From an uncultured delta proteobacterium (GTDB lineage Bacteria > Desulfobacterota > Binatia > Bin18): a stretch of 23,616 nt of DNA. Shown here in pieces: positions 19,749-23,616 of this stretch. The DNA is taken from NCBI GenBank assembly GCA_963733195.1, contig CAVTCR010000031.1:1-23616 (forward strand). The letters run 5' to 3'. The notes below the pieces were generated by a model. That model was not told where the DNA came from and searched no databases. It was given only the letters and a program-made list of their open reading frames with translations. The stretch's first letter is position 1. Every line of letters starts with the position of its first letter. A program made the position numbers and the translations under genes.

Positions 19749-20591
19749 CTAAACTTCGACTGACATGCTTAAATCTACCGCCGGTGCGGAATGGGTCAAT
19801 GCACCCACGGAAATAAAATCCACCCCGGTTTCGGCCACCTCTCGTACTCGCTCAAGACTCATATTGCCAGACGCTTCCAACAGTGCGCGCCCATTCACTA
19901 ATCGCACAGCATCAGCCATCTGTGCAGTAGACATATTGTCGAGCAGAATGATGTCTGCCTTTGCATCTAACGCTTCTTGGACCTCGGTCAACGTCGTACA
20001 TTCGACCTCAATGCGTAACAGTGCCGAGGCGTTACTCCGGGCGCGACGAACGGCAGCTCCAACACCCCCACACACAACAATATGATTATCTTTGATGAGA
20101 ATACCATCATCGAGTCCCATGCGATGATTGGTCCCTCCGCCCTGTGTCACTGCGTATTTGTCAAGCAAGCGAAATCCCGGCAATGTCTTCCGCGTATCGA
20201 TGATTTTGCATTTCGTGCCAGCGATAGCATCGACAAACTTGCGGGTCAGCGTCGCTACTCCAGACAGGTGCTGAAGAAAGTTCAGCATTGTCCGTTCGGC
20301 AATCAGTAACGCCGTCGCGTTGCTAGACATCTCCACTACCACTTGCCCTTTCTTGACCGCAGCCCCTTCGCTGACAAGCAGACGCAGTTTGGCAGAAGCA
20401 TCGACAAGCGCGAGAATACGTTCAGCCAGCGGCAGCCCGGCAATCGTCAGGTCTGCTTTCGCGGTAATCTTTCCCTGTGCACTACGGTCTGGCGGGATTG
20501 TTGCCAGCGTCGTCACATCGCCACGTCCCAGGTCTTCTTCCAAGCCCATATTGATAAGGCGGGCAACAGCGGGATGATCAAAAGGATGCAT
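19749..20591 (-). CDS. nadC: Nicotinate-nucleotide pyrophosphorylase (carboxylating)
   Basis: EDLGRGDVTT, ERTMLNFLQHLSG, DTRKTLPG, NHRMGL, LIKDNH, ILLDNM, EASGN, SVGALTHS. Confidence 0.96.
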   Translation of the reverse strand: MHPFDHPAVARLINMGLEEDLGRGDVTTLATIPPDRSAQGKITAKADLTIAGLPLAERILALVDASAKLRLLVSEGAAVKKGQVVVEMSSNATALLIAERTMLNFLQHLSGVATLTRKFVDAIAGTKCKIIDTRKTLPGFRLLDKYAVTQGGGTNHRMGLDDGILIKDNHIVVCGGVGAAVRRARSNASALLRIEVECTTLTEVQEALDAKADIILLDNMSTAQMADAVRLVNGRALLEASGNMSLERVREVAETGVDFISVGALTHSAPAVDLSMSVEV

Positions 20592-20717
20592 AAGTCGAAT
20601 AAGGGGAAATAGGCTAAAGGGCAAATAGACAAAGCACGAAAAGAGAGAATTATGAAGGACGAGGATTTTCTTCTCGCCATTTCCCCTTTTACCCGTTTCC
20701 CCTTTCCGCCGAAATTC

Positions 20718-23419
20718 CTACATTTGTATCTGTCGCAGCCGCTCAAGGTTCTTCTCTAAAGTCTGTCGTTTCTCTTCAAGCTGAACGGCCCGTTCGCGTT
20801 GTTCTTCAACCACTTCTTCTGGTGCGCGTTCGATGAATTTCGCATCGCCGAGTTTGCGTTGCACTCCGGCAAGATCATTTACCACTTTGCCGATTTCTTT
20901 TTCGATGCGTTTGTTTTCTTCTTGCAGATTCACTAATCCAGCTAACGGCACATGAATCTCCGCGCTGTCGATAACCGCTAATGCTGCCCCACGTGGCCGC
21001 TCGCCATCTTTCTGATAGCGGATCTCGCCGAGGCGAGCGAGCCGACGAATATATGCCTCATTCTGCCGCAGCTCTGCTTCGACCCCATCCGCACTCGGAA
21101 TCACGATCATGGTCAATTCCTGGCCCGGTGGCAGGTTCATCTCCGAGCGAATGTTACGGACCGAGCGAATCGTATCCATCAGCAGCGTCATACGTCGTTC
21201 GGCGTCTTCATCGATCAACGTAGGATCTACTTTCGGATACGGTTGGATCATGATGCTGTCAGCCGCACGGTCGGGATGCAACGCATGCCAGATCTCTTCG
21301 GTGATGTATGGCATCAACGGATGCAACAGTCGCAAAGCTGCATCAAGCACAGTCGCAAGCAGTCTGTTTCGCATTTGCCTGTGCTTTCGCATCACCACTA
21401 TCCAATGCGATCTTGCTGAGTTCCAAGATACCAGTCACAGAACTCATGCCAGATGAACTGATACAGCGAAGTAGCAACTTCATTGAAACGATACTCATCC
21501 AACGCCTGCCGCACATCACCAATCGCGCGCTGCAAACGCGAGAGAATCCACCGATCGGCCAGCCACAAGTCTTCGTTTAGGCTTGAGGCTTGAGGCTTGA
21601 GGCTTAATGTCGAACTTGACTTCTGGACCTTCCCTGGCCGTTCCCTGTCCCTGTCCCTCATCAGAACAAACCGCGCCGCGTTCCACACCTTGTTAGCAAA
21701 ATTGCGGTAGCCGGTAATCCGATCTGCCGAGAGGCGAATGTCACGACCCATCGCTGATAGCGCAGTGAGCGTGAACCGCATTGCGTCCGTGCCAAACGTT
21801 GACATCAGTTCTAAGGGATCAACTACATTGCCTTTCGACTTCGACATCTTCTGTCCACGCTCGTCACGGACAAGGGCGTGAATATAGATGTGACGGAACG
21901 GCACCTCACCCATGAACTTCAGTCCAAGCATCATCATGCGGGCAACCCAGAAGAAGATGATGTCAAAGCCAGTGACTAATACTGATGTTGGATAAAATGT
22001 CTTGAGGTCCTGGGTTTGGTCTGGCCAACCGAGCGTAGAAAACGGCCACAAGCCTGAACTGAACCATGTATCAAGGACATCTGTTTCTTGTGTAAGCTTC
22101 GCTGATTTACACTTTGGACAGGTTGTGATGTCTTCTCGTGAGACGATCATCTCCCCACAGTCACCACAGTACCATGCAGGAATACGATGGCCCCACCACA
22201 ACTGACGCGAGATGCACCAGTCACGAATATTTTCCATCCAGGCGAAATAGGTCTTCTCCCAATGTGTCGGGAAGAATTGCGTTCGCCCATCTTTCACTGC
22301 AGCAATAGCGACATCCGCGAGCGGCTTAATCTTGACGAACCATTGGTTAGACAAGAACGGCTCGACCACGGTCTGACACCGATAGCAGTGACCGAGCATG
22401 ATTTTGTACGGCTCGGTTTTGATCAGCACCCCGGATTGCTGCAGATCCTCGACCAGTTGCTTCCGGCACTCATAGCGATCCATGCCGACATAAGGTCCAG
22501 CTTCGCTCGTCATTCGCGCTTTTTCGTCAAGGATAGAGATGGAGGGCAAACTATGAGTTCTACCGATGTCAAAGTCGGTAAAGTCGTGTGCCGGGGTCAC
22601 TTTCAGTGCGCCAGTGCCGAATTCTTTATCCACATGCTCGTCAGCGATCACTGGAATTTCACGTCCTAAAATGGGCAACGTCAGCGTTTTACCAATCCAG
22701 CTCACTATACCGCTCATCTTCGGGGTGTACGGCAACAGCCGTATCTCCCAGCATGGTTTCAGGGCGCGTCGTCGCGATCGTCACTGCTCCCGTGCCATCG
22801 GTACGCGGATAGGACAGATGATACAGATGTCCTTCGCTCTCTTTCGGTTCGACCTCCAAGTCAGACAGCGCCGTCTCGCAGCGTGGACACCAATTAATGA
22901 GATAGAGACCACGGTAAATTAATCCTTCGTCATAGAGGCGAACAAAGACTTCGCGCACAGCGCGTGACAGTCCGGCGTCCATAGTGAAACGTTCGCGGGA
23001 CCAGTCACACGACGCTCCGAGGACTTTGAGCTGATTGACAATCTGTCCGCCGGATTCCGCTTTCCAGGTCCACACCCGTTCGACAAACTTCTCGCGCCCC
23101 AGCGCCCAGCGGTCAGTTCCTTCTTGCAGCAAGAGGCGTTCAACGACATTTTGTGTCGCAATGCCGGCGTGATCCGTCCCCGGTACCCACAGCACCTGGT
23201 AGCCATCCATGCGTTTATAGCGGGCCAAGAATGTCTTGCAGCGTATTATTGAGCGCATGGCCCATATGCAGCGAGCCAGTGACATTCGGCGGAGGAATCA
23301 CCATCGAGAACGGTTGTCCGGCAGGGTTTTGTTCCGGACGAAAGATAGCCCTTGTCGATCCAGGCATGAGCCCAGCGGTTCTCCACCAAACTTGGGTCGT
23401 AGGTTTTATCGAGTGCCAT
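20718..23419 (-). CDS. valS: Valine--tRNA ligase (several frameshifts)
   Basis: Start [20 protein letters not shown] region, [40 protein letters not shown]-terminal coiled coil. Confidence 0.96.
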
Positions 23420-23428
23420 AAGCAAATG

Positions 23429-23472
23429 AGAAAGGGGTCCTACCCACTTCGTTCAGGCAGAACCCCCTTTCT
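23429..23472. terminator. Hairpin between tRNA-Leu and valS
   Basis: AGAAAGGGG/CCCCTTTCT inverted repeat; U-tail is weak. Confidence 0.45.
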
Positions 23473-23483
23473 TACAGTAGTTA

Positions 23484-23568
<85 letters not shown>

Positions 23569-23581
23569 AAGTGAGCGGGCT

Positions 23582-23611
23582 ACTTTAACCAACAGTCCTT
23601 TTTGCTGTCAA
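23582..23611 (-). promoter_or_regulatory. Sigma70 promoter of tRNA-Leu
   Basis: TTGACA-18 nt-TAAAGT on the minus strand, 13 nt upstream of the tRNA. Confidence 0.7.
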
Positions 23612-23616
23612 TCCCG

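Noticed and set aside
20592-20624. N-terminal extension of NadC
   Set aside because: Derived from the intergenic repeat array.
9182-23419. Pseudogene or programmed-frameshift calls for leuB, leuA, the EF-G paralogue and valS
   Set aside because: Scattered single-base indels in otherwise conserved and partly essential genes are best explained by sequencing error.

Overview
Bacterial window with two parts. 1-8.3 kb is a sigma54-driven RNA repair locus: divergent rtcR, then rsr (Ro60/TROVE), three tandem Y-RNA-like ncRNAs, rtcB split by a clean 983-bp IS5-family element, rtcA, a putative HEPN (RNxxxH) nuclease gene and a small toxin-antitoxin-like gene pair. 8.3-23.6 kb is minus-strand housekeeping: tRNA-Leu, valS, nadC, birA, coaX, an EF-G paralogue, DUF465, ilvN, ilvC, psd, pssA, a Leu attenuator, leuA, leuB and a methyltransferase. 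This gene order suggests a deltaproteobacteria-like lineage (inference only). The most striking observation is the third ncRNA. It contains a complete circularly permuted tRNA-Ile(GAU) cloverleaf, anticodon arm included, with the Ro-type stem inserted into the anticodon stem, directly upstream of the RNA ligase rtcB. Many genes, including essential valS, carry single-base frameshifts that most likely reflect long-read errors, so some coordinates and translations are manual reconstructions.
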